Below, piece by piece: positions 38,262 through 46,001 of a DNA stretch of 64,000 nucleotides. This DNA is from Eubacteriales bacterium (GTDB lineage: Bacteria > Bacillota > Clostridia > Oscillospirales > CAG-272). The stretch spans positions 210,000 through 273,999 of the forward strand of contig JAZLLY010000016.1 of the NCBI GenBank assembly GCA_045598385.1. Reading direction: 5' to 3'. Position numbers and translations under genes: made by a program. The notes beneath the pieces were generated by a model. That model worked only from the letters and a program-made list of their open reading frames with translations. It was not told the origin of the DNA and searched no databases. Position 1 is the stretch's first letter. Every line of letters begins with the position of its first letter.

Positions 38262-38470
38262 TTCGCTTCGCGAAAATCATAACTGCGCCAAAGGCACATC
38301 ATAACTTTGCGGCAAAGCCGCAAATCATAACTCTTCCTAAAATCCGCGCTTCGCGCGATATGGAATCTACGCGAAGCGTAGCATGGAATCCGCACAAAGT
38401 GCGGTATGGAATCCGGAATGGAATCCGGTATGGCATCCGTTGCAAGGCGGTATGAAGTCCGCCGCCGGCA
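38262..38470. repeat. Hairpin array: CATAACT-spaced units followed by (T)ATGGAATC-spaced units
   Basis: CATAACT precedes each of TTTTCGC-ttc-GCGAAAA, GCGCC-aaa-GGCAC and TTGCGG-caaa-GCCGCAA. ATGGAATC precedes CTACGC-gaa-GCGTAG, CCGCAC-aaa-GTGCGG and further units. The array lies in the 3' UTR position of the LRR gene. Confidence 0.8.
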
Positions 38471-38478
38471 TTTGCAGA

Positions 38479-41400
38479 TTATTTGCTGATATCCCCGTCG
38501 GAACAGTGAATCTTGTAAGAACTGGTATTGTAATTGTAAATCCATCTTGATCCCTTTGAGATCGCGTTCCACTGCGCCTTTGTTCCGGTGAAAGTGATGC
38601 TTGCAAGCCCACTGCAATCGTAGAACGCCCAATCGCCGATGCTCGTGACGCTCGACGGGATCGTGATGCTTGTAAGCCCACTGCAACCGGAGAACGCATA
38701 AGTGCCGATGCTCGTGACGCTCGACGGGATCGTGATGCTTGTAAGTCTTGTGCAATACCAGAACGCATCCATAGTGATGCCTTTAGTCCCGTCACGAAGC
38801 GTGACATTAATCAAAGCAGTATCGCAGCCGATCACCCATGTATCTACATAAGAAACGCCATCGACGGTTTCGATACAGGGACAACCGTAGAACGCATAAC
38901 CGCCGATGCTCGTTACGCTCGACGGGATCGTGATGCTCGTCAGACTCGAGCAACGGGAGAACGCATAACTGCCGATGCTCGTGACGCTATCCGGAATCGT
39001 AACGCTCGTCAGGTTCGTGCAATTCTCGAACGCATAACTGCCGATGCCCTTAACGCTCGACGGGATCGTGATGCTTGTCAGGCTCGAGCAATCATAGAAC
39101 GCATAATTGCCGATGCTCGTGACGCTCGACGGGATCGTGATACTCGTCAGTTTCGAGCAATAATAGAACGCATACTGATAGATCTCATAATTCTTTCCGC
39201 TCGGGGACTTTTCGGGAAGTATCAGATCGGTTTGTGTTCCCTTGTAACCAATAAGATAACTGTTCGTTCCGTCTTCATAGAAGAGATAACCGTCTTCTTC
39301 GGAAAGATAGGTTTCGCTCCCGTCGGTGATGATACGTTTGGCGTAATAACCGACGTCGCCGTTAGATGAACTTCCGGCGGTGATCGTAAGCGACGAATGG
39401 TTGCGGACCTCGATCAGTTTGTAACAACCGTAGAACGCTTCACTGCCGATGCTCGTGACGCTCGACGGGATCGTGATGCTCGTAAGACCTCTGCAACCGG
39501 AGAACGCATAATAGCCGATGCTCGTGACGCTCGACGGGATCGTGATGCTTGTAAGACCGCTGCAACCCTCGAACGCCGAATCGCCGATGCTCGTGACTCT
39601 ATCCGGGATCGTGATGCTCGTCAGACTCGAGCAACTGCAAAACGCCTGAGCGCCGATGCTCTTGACGCTCGACGGGATCGTGACGCTTGTCAGGCTCGTG
39701 CAATCCCGGAACGCATAATCGCCGATGCTTGTGACGCCCTCGGGAATCACAAGATCCGTGATCAAAACGTTATTGAGATAGAGATAATGTGCATACTCTA
39801 AAGGATTCGCACCCCAATTACCAAAGGATATGCCGCACCATTTGGCAAGATCCGTGATATATACCGCGCTCAAGTTCCAACAACCTTCAAACGCATTATC
39901 GCCGACGGCTGTGACGCCGGACGACATAGTGATACTCGTCACATTGGTACGGAAATAAAATGCGTAGTCATAGATTTTGTAAGTTTTTCCGCTAGGAGAA
40001 ACATCGGGGAGTATCAGGTCGGTTTCGCTGTCTTCATAATTCAGAAGAAAACTGTCAGTCCCGTCTTCATAAAAGATATAGTCGCCAACTGATGAGATAA
40101 AACTGTCGCCTTCATCGGTAATAATACGTTTAGCATAATATCCGACGCCTCCGTTGTCGGGGCTTCCGGCAACAATGTCAAGGGACGAAAGATTGCATAC
40201 TTCGATCAGTTTGTAGCAACCGGAGAAAGCCCCCTCACCGATGCTCTTGATACAAGCGGGAATCGTGATATGGGTAATTGAACTGAAAACGAACGCGCCC
40301 ATGGCGATACTCGTTACGCTTCCGTCATCGGGGATCACGCCGCAACATCCCCCGGCGATCAAAGTTTTGCTCGCGGTTTCGATCAGACAATTACCGGCAC
40401 TGTGATAAACCGTATTGCCGGGATCGACCGTGAAGTCCAAAAGACCGGGACAGAAATAAAACGCTAATTCTTCGATCTGCTCAACGTTTTTCGGAATCGT
40501 GATATGCGATAGACCGTAACATTCACCGAATGCCGCGAATCCGATGCTCGTGACGCTTTCCGGAATTGTGAAAGACGTAAGATCGTGGCAGCAGTAAAAC
40601 GCGCCTCCACCTATGATCGTGCATTGACTGTTTTTGGCAAAGGTGACGCTTTTTAGTCCCTCACAATCCGAAAAAGCTTGCTCGCCGATGATTCTGACAC
40701 TCGACGGGATCGTAACGCTCTTCAGGGTTTCATCCTGATCAAAAGCAAACGCTTCGTCGGCGATTTCAACGACGCCCTCGGGAATATCAATATCTGTCAA
40801 AGTTTTTCCGTAATCCGTCAGTCCCATAACGACGGTTTTCGTCTCGTCAAAAATGAAAACGTCAAAGATGCTGACGGCCCGGAAAGTGGCAGTATAAGTT
40901 GCATTTCCGGTAACGGCTGAAAGCGGCTTGTCCCAGCCCGAAAAGACGAACATGGTTTCTCCGTCCGTCGGCTTTGTCGGCGTATTTCCGTCATAGGAGG
41001 GGACATCTCCCGTTTTCAGGGAATCCGTCTTCAGTACGGTGCCGTCGTAGTTTTTCCACGCGACGGTATAACTTTTGTTGTCCTTTTTATTCTTCGTGTA
41101 ATGCGCCTTGTAGGTCACGTCGTGATTGACCGGCGAAAACGTCGGCGTCCAGCCGGAAAACGTATAGAAGAACTTGTCTTCCGCGGCTCTCTGCGGCTCC
41201 GCCCCTTTATAAGACGGCATCTCGCCCTCTTTTACCGTTTCCGTCATCAGCAAGGTGCCGTCAAAATCTTCCCACGTGACGGTATAGGTGTTGACGTCTT
41301 CTTTTTCGGTAATGCCTAATTTTTCTCCGATCTCATCGAAAAGGTCGGATATCCCGACTTTGTCCCCGATGCCTTGGAAAAGACCGGTGATTTGCCCGGA

Positions 41401-41487
41401 TTCCGCATCGCACGCTGAAAATGCAAAAAGCACCGTCAGAAGCGACAATGCCAGCAAAAAGATTTTGAGCGCGGTTTTCTTAAACAT
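38479..41487 (-). CDS. Surface lipoprotein: N-terminal Listeria-Bacteroides (Flg_new/InlB B-type) repeats plus many BspA-type leucine-rich repeats
   Basis: Lipobox LFAFSAC. Repeats of the form YTVTWEDFDGT...FSGWTP. More than 15 units of about 23 aa resemble LTSITIPSSVTSIGxYAFxxCSS. The ATG at 41487 follows GGAG. The DNA carries matching repeats of about 70 bp. Confidence 0.85.
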   Translation of the reverse strand: MFKKTALKIFLLALSLLTVLFAFSACDAESGQITGLFQGIGDKVGISDLFDEIGEKLGITEKEDVNTYTVTWEDFDGTLLMTETVKEGEMPSYKGAEPQRAAEDKFFYTFSGWTPTFSPVNHDVTYKAHYTKNKKDNKSYTVAWKNYDGTVLKTDSLKTGDVPSYDGNTPTKPTDGETMFVFSGWDKPLSAVTGNATYTATFRAVSIFDVFIFDETKTVVMGLTDYGKTLTDIDIPEGVVEIADEAFAFDQDETLKSVTIPSSVRIIGEQAFSDCEGLKSVTFAKNSQCTIIGGGAFYCCHDLTSFTIPESVTSIGFAAFGECYGLSHITIPKNVEQIEELAFYFCPGLLDFTVDPGNTVYHSAGNCLIETASKTLIAGGCCGVIPDDGSVTSIAMGAFVFSSITHITIPACIKSIGEGAFSGCYKLIEVCNLSSLDIVAGSPDNGGVGYYAKRIITDEGDSFISSVGDYIFYEDGTDSFLLNYEDSETDLILPDVSPSGKTYKIYDYAFYFRTNVTSITMSSGVTAVGDNAFEGCWNLSAVYITDLAKWCGISFGNWGANPLEYAHYLYLNNVLITDLVIPEGVTSIGDYAFRDCTSLTSVTIPSSVKSIGAQAFCSCSSLTSITIPDRVTSIGDSAFEGCSGLTSITIPSSVTSIGYYAFSGCRGLTSITIPSSVTSIGSEAFYGCYKLIEVRNHSSLTITAGSSSNGDVGYYAKRIITDGSETYLSEEDGYLFYEDGTNSYLIGYKGTQTDLILPEKSPSGKNYEIYQYAFYYCSKLTSITIPSSVTSIGNYAFYDCSSLTSITIPSSVKGIGSYAFENCTNLTSVTIPDSVTSIGSYAFSRCSSLTSITIPSSVTSIGGYAFYGCPCIETVDGVSYVDTWVIGCDTALINVTLRDGTKGITMDAFWYCTRLTSITIPSSVTSIGTYAFSGCSGLTSITIPSSVTSIGDWAFYDCSGLASITFTGTKAQWNAISKGSRWIYNYNTSSYKIHCSDGDISK

Positions 41488-41532
41488 ATGTTTCTCCTTT
41501 GGCTTTCGCCGTCGTCTTATTTTGTCCACTTA

Positions 41533-41707
41533 TTGTGAAAATAGGTGAACAATAATACGATTTTATCATATCACGCGCGCGGAAAATTGTCAATGATAAT
41601 TTTATTTTACGCTAATCCAAATATATTTTTAGAAAAATGCTTCCTTTACGTCCTTTTTTTCGTTTATCCCGCGAAAAATGCCCGTTTTTGTTCACCTATT
41701 TTCACAA
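41533..41707. promoter_or_regulatory. Invertible-promoter-like element (inverton candidate), promoter currently facing the LRR lipoprotein gene (ON)
   Basis: Perfect 20-bp inverted repeats: TTGTGAAAATAGGTGAACAA (41533-41552) and TTGTTCACCTATTTTCACAA (41688-41707). They flank 135 bp. The insert carries, on the minus strand, TTGACA (41593-41588), a 17-nt spacer and TGaTATGAT (-10 at 41570-41565). Confidence 0.65.
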
Positions 41708-41750
41708 CAGATGAACATTTCCGGGGCGGTTTTTTAGATCCCGGGAAGCA

Positions 41751-41790
41751 AAAAGGGAAAAGAACGGACGTTCTCTTCCCTTTAATTTTT
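41751..41790. terminator. Terminator insulating the 41.5-kb switch from upstream nfnAB transcription
   Basis: GGGAAAAGAAC-ggac-GTTCTCTTCCC with A/T runs on both sides. On the minus strand it is followed by TTTTTGC. Confidence 0.65.
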
Positions 41791-41820
41791 GTATTGTTTT
41801 TTTACAATTTCCGCCATCGC

Positions 41821-41947
41821 CGCCTCGCTCTGCGAGCGAACGATGCGTTTCGCACACGAAACGCATCTCATAACTTTGCGGCAGCGCCGCAAATCATAAC
41901 TGTGCCGTAGGTACACCATAACTTGCCCGAAGGGCAATCATAACTGA
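41821..41947. repeat. CATAACT-spaced hairpin array (same orientation as 38262-38335)
   Basis: Starts with CGCTC-tgc-GAGCG and ATGCGTTTCG-caca-CGAAACGCAT. Then CATAACT precedes each of TTGCGG-cagc-GCCGCAA, GTGCC-gta-GGTAC and TGCCC-gaa-GGGCA. Confidence 0.8.
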
Positions 41948-41979
41948 TAAGAGCCGGGGAAAGTCCGGCTCTTTGGTCT

Positions 41980-42047
41980 GCGCAAAAAGCGCACGTTTTC
42001 AAACGCAAAAAGCGCACGTTTTCAAACGCAATAAGCGCGCGTTTTAC
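41980..42047. repeat. 23-bp tandem direct repeat x3 abutting the nfnB-like stop codon
   Basis: GCGCAAAAAGCGCACGTTTTCAA / ACGCAAAAAGCGCACGTTTTCAA / ACGCAATAAGCGCGCGTTTTAC. Confidence 0.8.
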
Positions 42048-43453
42048 TTTAAGAACTCATTGATCGCCTTTGCAGCCACCTTCCCCGCTCCCATCGCGGA
42101 GATGACAGTCGCGGCGCCCGTCACGGCGTCGCCGCCGGCGTAAACGCCGTCTTTGGTGGTTTTTCCGGTCTCTTCTTCTACGATGATACCGCCGTGACGG
42201 TTTACGTCAAGCCCTGCGGTCGTGGATTTGATCAGCGGGTTCGGGGACGTGCCGATCGCGATAATGACGGTATCGGCGTCCAGCACGAATTCACTACCCT
42301 CAACGGGAACGGGACGGCGGCGTCCGCGCTCGTCCGGCTCGCCGAGTTCCATACGGATACAGCGAAGACCGACGACACATCCGTTCATCGGATCGCGGGG
42401 ATCGTCCTTATTCTCGTAGCCGAGGACTTCGGTCGGATTGTTCAGAAGCAGGAATCTGACGCCCTCCTCCATCGCGTGTTCGACCTCCTCTTTTCTCGCG
42501 GGGAGTTCCTCCATGGAACGGCGATAAACGATCGACACCGATTCGGCACCGAGGCGAAGCGCCGTTCTCGCGGCGTCCATCGCGACGTTTCCGCCTCCGA
42601 CGACCACGACGTTCCCGCCTTTTTTGATCGGGGTTTCGGCATCGTCTTTATACGCGCCCATGAGGTTGCTTCTCGTCAGAAATTCGTTGGCGGAATACAC
42701 GCCTTTCAGACTTTCTCCGGGGATATTCATGAAGTTCGGAAGTCCGGCGCCGGAGCCGATGAACACGGCTTCATAACCCATGCCGAAGAGTTCGTCGATC
42801 GTCAGCGTTTTTCCGATGATCATATTCGTGGCAATTTCCACGCCGAGTTTTTCGAGATTTTCGACTTCTTTCGCGACGATCGCTTTCGGAAGACGAAACT
42901 CGGGGATGCCGTAAACGAGAACGCCGCCGGCTTTGTGAAGTGCCTCAAAGACCGTGACGCTGTGCCCTGCTCTGGCGAGATCGCCGGCGCAGGTAAGTCC
43001 GGAGGGACCGGAGCCGATCACGGCAACTTTATGTCCCGTTTTTTCGGGGAGCGTAACGCTCGACGTATCGTGAGAATTATGGTAATCGGCGACGAAACGT
43101 TCAAGACGTCCGATGCCGACGGGCTCGCCCTTGATCCCTCTGACGCAACGGGATTCGCATTGTGTTTCCTGCGGGCAGACGCGTCCGCAGACTGCGGGGA
43201 GCGACGAGGACTGTAAAATGACGCGGTAAGCACCCTCAAAATCGCACTCTTTGATTTTTGCGATGAATTCGGGAATACGGATATTGACGGGGCAACCGCC
43301 GACACAAGGCATATTCTTGCAGGACAGGCAGCGGAGCGCTTCGTCAACCGCCGTCGCCTCATCGTAACCGATAGCGACTTCCGAGAAATTGCGGGCGCGG
43401 ACCTTCGGATCCTGCGTCGGCATCGGATTCTTTTTGAGACTCATATTCGGCAT
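42044..43453 (-). CDS. NADPH-dependent glutamate synthase small-subunit-like oxidoreductase (NfnB/GltD family)
   Basis: 469 aa. N-terminal Fe-S Cys clusters (CLSCKNMPC..GCP; CGRVCPQETQCESRC) and two Rossmann motifs (VAVIGSGPSGL; VVVVGGGNVAMD). Confidence 0.85.
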   Translation of the reverse strand: MPNMSLKKNPMPTQDPKVRARNFSEVAIGYDEATAVDEALRCLSCKNMPCVGGCPVNIRIPEFIAKIKECDFEGAYRVILQSSSLPAVCGRVCPQETQCESRCVRGIKGEPVGIGRLERFVADYHNSHDTSSVTLPEKTGHKVAVIGSGPSGLTCAGDLARAGHSVTVFEALHKAGGVLVYGIPEFRLPKAIVAKEVENLEKLGVEIATNMIIGKTLTIDELFGMGYEAVFIGSGAGLPNFMNIPGESLKGVYSANEFLTRSNLMGAYKDDAETPIKKGGNVVVVGGGNVAMDAARTALRLGAESVSIVYRRSMEELPARKEEVEHAMEEGVRFLLLNNPTEVLGYENKDDPRDPMNGCVVGLRCIRMELGEPDERGRRRPVPVEGSEFVLDADTVIIAIGTSPNPLIKSTTAGLDVNRHGGIIVEEETGKTTKDGVYAGGDAVTGAATVISAMGAGKVAAKAINEFLK

Positions 43454-43454
43454 A

Positions 43455-44306
43455 TCAGTTTTCTCCTTTCAGGAGGTTGCAGACGTGTTCCCTCTTTTCG
43501 CTCTCAAACGCGCGGTACATCGTGCCGCGCCGCATGGCTTCGTCAAAATCCACTTCGTAGCCGTTGAAATCGGGACCGTCCACGCAGGCGAAACGGGTGA
43601 CGCGCTGTCCGTCTTTGATGAGCGTCAGACGGCAACCGCCGCACATTCCGGTTCCGTCGATCATGATCGGGTTCATCGAGACCGTCACCGGGATCCCGTA
43701 GGGGCGGACGGCACCGACGACGAATTTCATCATAATCAGAGGACCGATGGTGATGACTTCATCGAAAGATTCACCCGCCGAAAGCATTTCGTTGATGGGG
43801 ACGCAGACGTTCCCTTTCGTACCGTAAGAACCGTCGTCCGTCATGACGAAAAGGCGGTCGGACGCCGCTCTGAACGCGTCCTCGAGAATCAGAAGATCAC
43901 GGTTGCGGAAGCCGATGACCGAGGTCACTTCGGCACCCGATTTTTTCAGTTTTTCCGCGATGGGAAGCGCGATGGCGCAACCGACACCGCCGCCGACGAT
44001 CAGAACTTTTTTCAGTCCCTGCAGTTTTGTCGGAACGCCGAGAGGTCCGGCAAAATCCGGGATCGTGTCGCCGACGTTTTTCGCGCCGAGCAGCATCGTG
44101 GTCGCACCGACGAGCTGGAAGATGATCCTGACGGTCCCTCTCTCCCTGTCGTAACCGGCGACGGTCAGGGGAATGCGTTCTCCGTCCTCCGACACGCGCA
44201 GAATAACGAACTGTCCGGGCTCGGCTTTTGCCGCCACGAACGGCGCTTCGATATCCATCAGCGTCACGGTGGGATTCAGTATTTCTTTGTTGACTATCCT
44301 ATACAT
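43455..44306 (-). CDS. Ferredoxin-NADP reductase-like FAD/NAD-binding subunit (NfnA-like)
   Basis: 283 aa. The C-terminal [2Fe-2S] motif DGTGMCGGCR is present. It lies adjacent to the NfnB-like gene. The internal Met at 44306 follows GAGGAC. Confidence 0.8.
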   Translation of the reverse strand: MYRIVNKEILNPTVTLMDIEAPFVAAKAEPGQFVILRVSEDGERIPLTVAGYDRERGTVRIIFQLVGATTMLLGAKNVGDTIPDFAGPLGVPTKLQGLKKVLIVGGGVGCAIALPIAEKLKKSGAEVTSVIGFRNRDLLILEDAFRAASDRLFVMTDDGSYGTKGNVCVPINEMLSAGESFDEVITIGPLIMMKFVVGAVRPYGIPVTVSMNPIMIDGTGMCGGCRLTLIKDGQRVTRFACVDGPDFNGYEVDFDEAMRRGTMYRAFESEKREHVCNLLKGEN

Positions 44307-44392
44307 AATCGTCCTCGCGCGAAGTTTTTTACTATTATATAATATCAAAATGAAAAACGCAAGTCTTCCCGTAAGAAAACTTGCGTTTTTTG

Positions 44393-44989
44393 TCACATCC
44401 TGTATTCGGGATTGAAAGCGTAATAATTTTTACTGTCGAGGTCTTCGGTCGTCTTACGAAGGACCTCCCCGAACCGCTGGTAATGCACGATCTCGCGCTG
44501 ACGCAAAAAGCGGATGACGTCGGTGACGTCGGGATCATCCGACAACCGGAGAATGTTGTCGTAGGTGACTCTCGCTTTCTGCTCTGCCGCCAGATCTTCG
44601 TTGAGATCGGCGACGGGGTCGCCTTTGCAGGCGATCGACGCAGTGGTAAAGGGCAGTCCTGCCGCCGCCGTGGGATAAACGCCGGTCGTATGATCGACGA
44701 AATATTTGTCAAATCCGCCGGCGGTGATCTCTTCCGGCGTCAGATTTCTCGTCAACTGATAGAGGATGGCGCCGATCATTTCACAATGCCCGAGTTCCTC
44801 CGAGCCGATGTCGGTGAGAGTCCCGATCGCCGTCGCGTTCGGCATTCCGTACCGCTGATTGAGATAGCGCGTCGCGGCGCCCATTTCACCGTCGGGACCG
44901 CCGAGCTGGGATACGATCAGACTCGCGAGCCGCGCCGACGGTCTTTTGATATTGACGGGATATTGCAGTTTTTTCTCGTAGATCCACAT
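44393..44989 (-). CDS. cotJC: Spore coat protein CotJC (manganese catalase family)
   Basis: Starts MWIYEKKLQYPV and contains GGPDGEMGAATRYLNQRY and EELGHCEMI. Confidence 0.9.
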   Translation of the reverse strand: MWIYEKKLQYPVNIKRPSARLASLIVSQLGGPDGEMGAATRYLNQRYGMPNATAIGTLTDIGSEELGHCEMIGAILYQLTRNLTPEEITAGGFDKYFVDHTTGVYPTAAAGLPFTTASIACKGDPVADLNEDLAAEQKARVTYDNILRLSDDPDVTDVIRFLRQREIVHYQRFGEVLRKTTEDLDSKNYYAFNPEYRM

Positions 44990-44990
44990 A

Positions 44991-45254
44991 TTACCGTCCG
45001 TCCTTTCCCTCGGAATCCGTCTGCCAGGGCCAGGGCATATCGCAGAAGCTGAAGCGTCCGCCGCTGACGGCATCGGCGGTCAGAGGACCGTATTTGCCCT
45101 CGTATTCCTCCATCGCCTCGCGGAGTTCTTCGCGGTAGCGGTAAAATGTCTCGAGCGCTTCTCTGTCGTTCTCGTGGGTATCAAGGAAGAGTTCGACTTC
45201 GTCTTTCGCGAAAGAGAGTTCCTGGATCTTCCTTAAAAGTTCTTTACGGTTCAT
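44991..45254 (-). CDS. cotJB: Spore coat protein CotJB
   Basis: 87 aa. LLRKIQELSFAKDEVELFLDTH is typical of CotJB. It sits between the cotJA-like gene and cotJC. Confidence 0.8.
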   Translation of the reverse strand: MNRKELLRKIQELSFAKDEVELFLDTHENDREALETFYRYREELREAMEEYEGKYGPLTADAVSGGRFSFCDMPWPWQTDSEGKDGR

Positions 45255-45463
45255 CGGCTTTTCCCTCCCAAAACGAGGGGTTTGTCGAGTTTTTCAAAAA
45301 GAGTCCCGCGCATAAGACCAACCGCCGGGGTATAAAGATCCGAAAATCTCTGATCGGGGGCGTAAACCATCGCGAGCTGGACTTCTCCGCTCTCACTTAC
45401 CGCTTCCGGCAAGACTTCCTTCGGCAGATCCCGCGTCGGGTATCCGTTCATATTTTTTTCCAT
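45251..45463 (-). CDS. cotJA: Spore coat-associated protein CotJA
   Basis: 70 aa. It has a LAMVYAPDQRF...GTLF motif and is first in the cotJ operon. Confidence 0.7.
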   Translation of the reverse strand: MEKNMNGYPTRDLPKEVLPEAVSESGEVQLAMVYAPDQRFSDLYTPAVGLMRGTLFEKLDKPLVLGGKSR

Positions 45464-45533
45464 GTTGTCTTTCCTTTGTGGGGGGAAACCCCTCTATCAG
45501 TATATAAAAAAAGCCGTTTTCGGTTAAGAATGG

Positions 45534-45972
45534 GACTGTTAAAAAAGTGCAGACCGAAAAAGAAAAAATGACTGTTATACCGTTTTTTCCGCTTTCTTCT
45601 GTAATACAAGGTTGAAATCCTGACGGATTTCATCGGTTTTGATTTGATTTTCCTTTTTCTACCGTCGAAAGACGCCTCTGTCGTACGCTTGTACGCCGAC
45701 GTGTCGCCTTTCGGCGCTTCTGCCTCTTTTTTATCCAGCCCCATCAGACTGTTAAAAAAGTGCAGACCGAAAAAGGAAAAATGACTGTTATACCGTTTTT
45801 TTCCGCTTTCTTCTGTAATAAATGGTTGAAATCCTGACGGATTTCTCCGGTTTTGATTTGTATTTCCTTTTTCTACCGTCGAAAGACGCCTCTGTCGTAC
45901 GCTTGTACGCCGACGTGTCGCCTTTCGGCGCTTCTGCCACTTTTTTATCCAGCCCCAAATGCTGTTAAAAAA
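45534..45972. repeat. Non-coding 213-bp tandem direct repeat (two full copies plus the start of a third)
   Basis: Copies begin GACTGTTAAAAAAGTGCAGACCG at 45534 and 45747. GCTGTTAAAAAA recurs at 45961. I count about ten differences between copies by manual alignment. Confidence 0.85.
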
Positions 45973-45992
45973 AGACGCCGGTTTTCGGCGTC
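45966..45992 (-). terminator. Terminator of the NAD(P)H-hydrate dehydratase gene
   Basis: Minus strand: GACGCCG-aaaac-CGGCGTC followed by TTTTTTT. Confidence 0.8.
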
Positions 45993-46001
45993 CGTGAAGC
46001 A

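Noticed and set aside
38262-38470. Possible CRISPR array, because of regularly spaced short palindromic units.
   Set aside because: Units are only about 21-25 nt in total, and a 7-9 nt conserved part alternates with the palindromes. There are no repeats of 28-37 nt, no unique spacers of 30 nt or more, and no cas genes in the window.
38222-38807. ORFs of 177 aa and 146 aa (minus strand) and 72 aa (plus strand) across the hairpin array.
   Set aside because: Their repetitive peptide sequence only mirrors the DNA heptamer/hairpin periodicity, and they overlap the end of the LRR gene out of frame.
41545-41910. 121-aa ORF spanning the region upstream of the LRR gene.
   Set aside because: It runs through the inverted repeats, the promoter, the terminator and the hairpin array. 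The translation is hydrophobic and low-complexity. The region is better explained as regulatory and repeat DNA.
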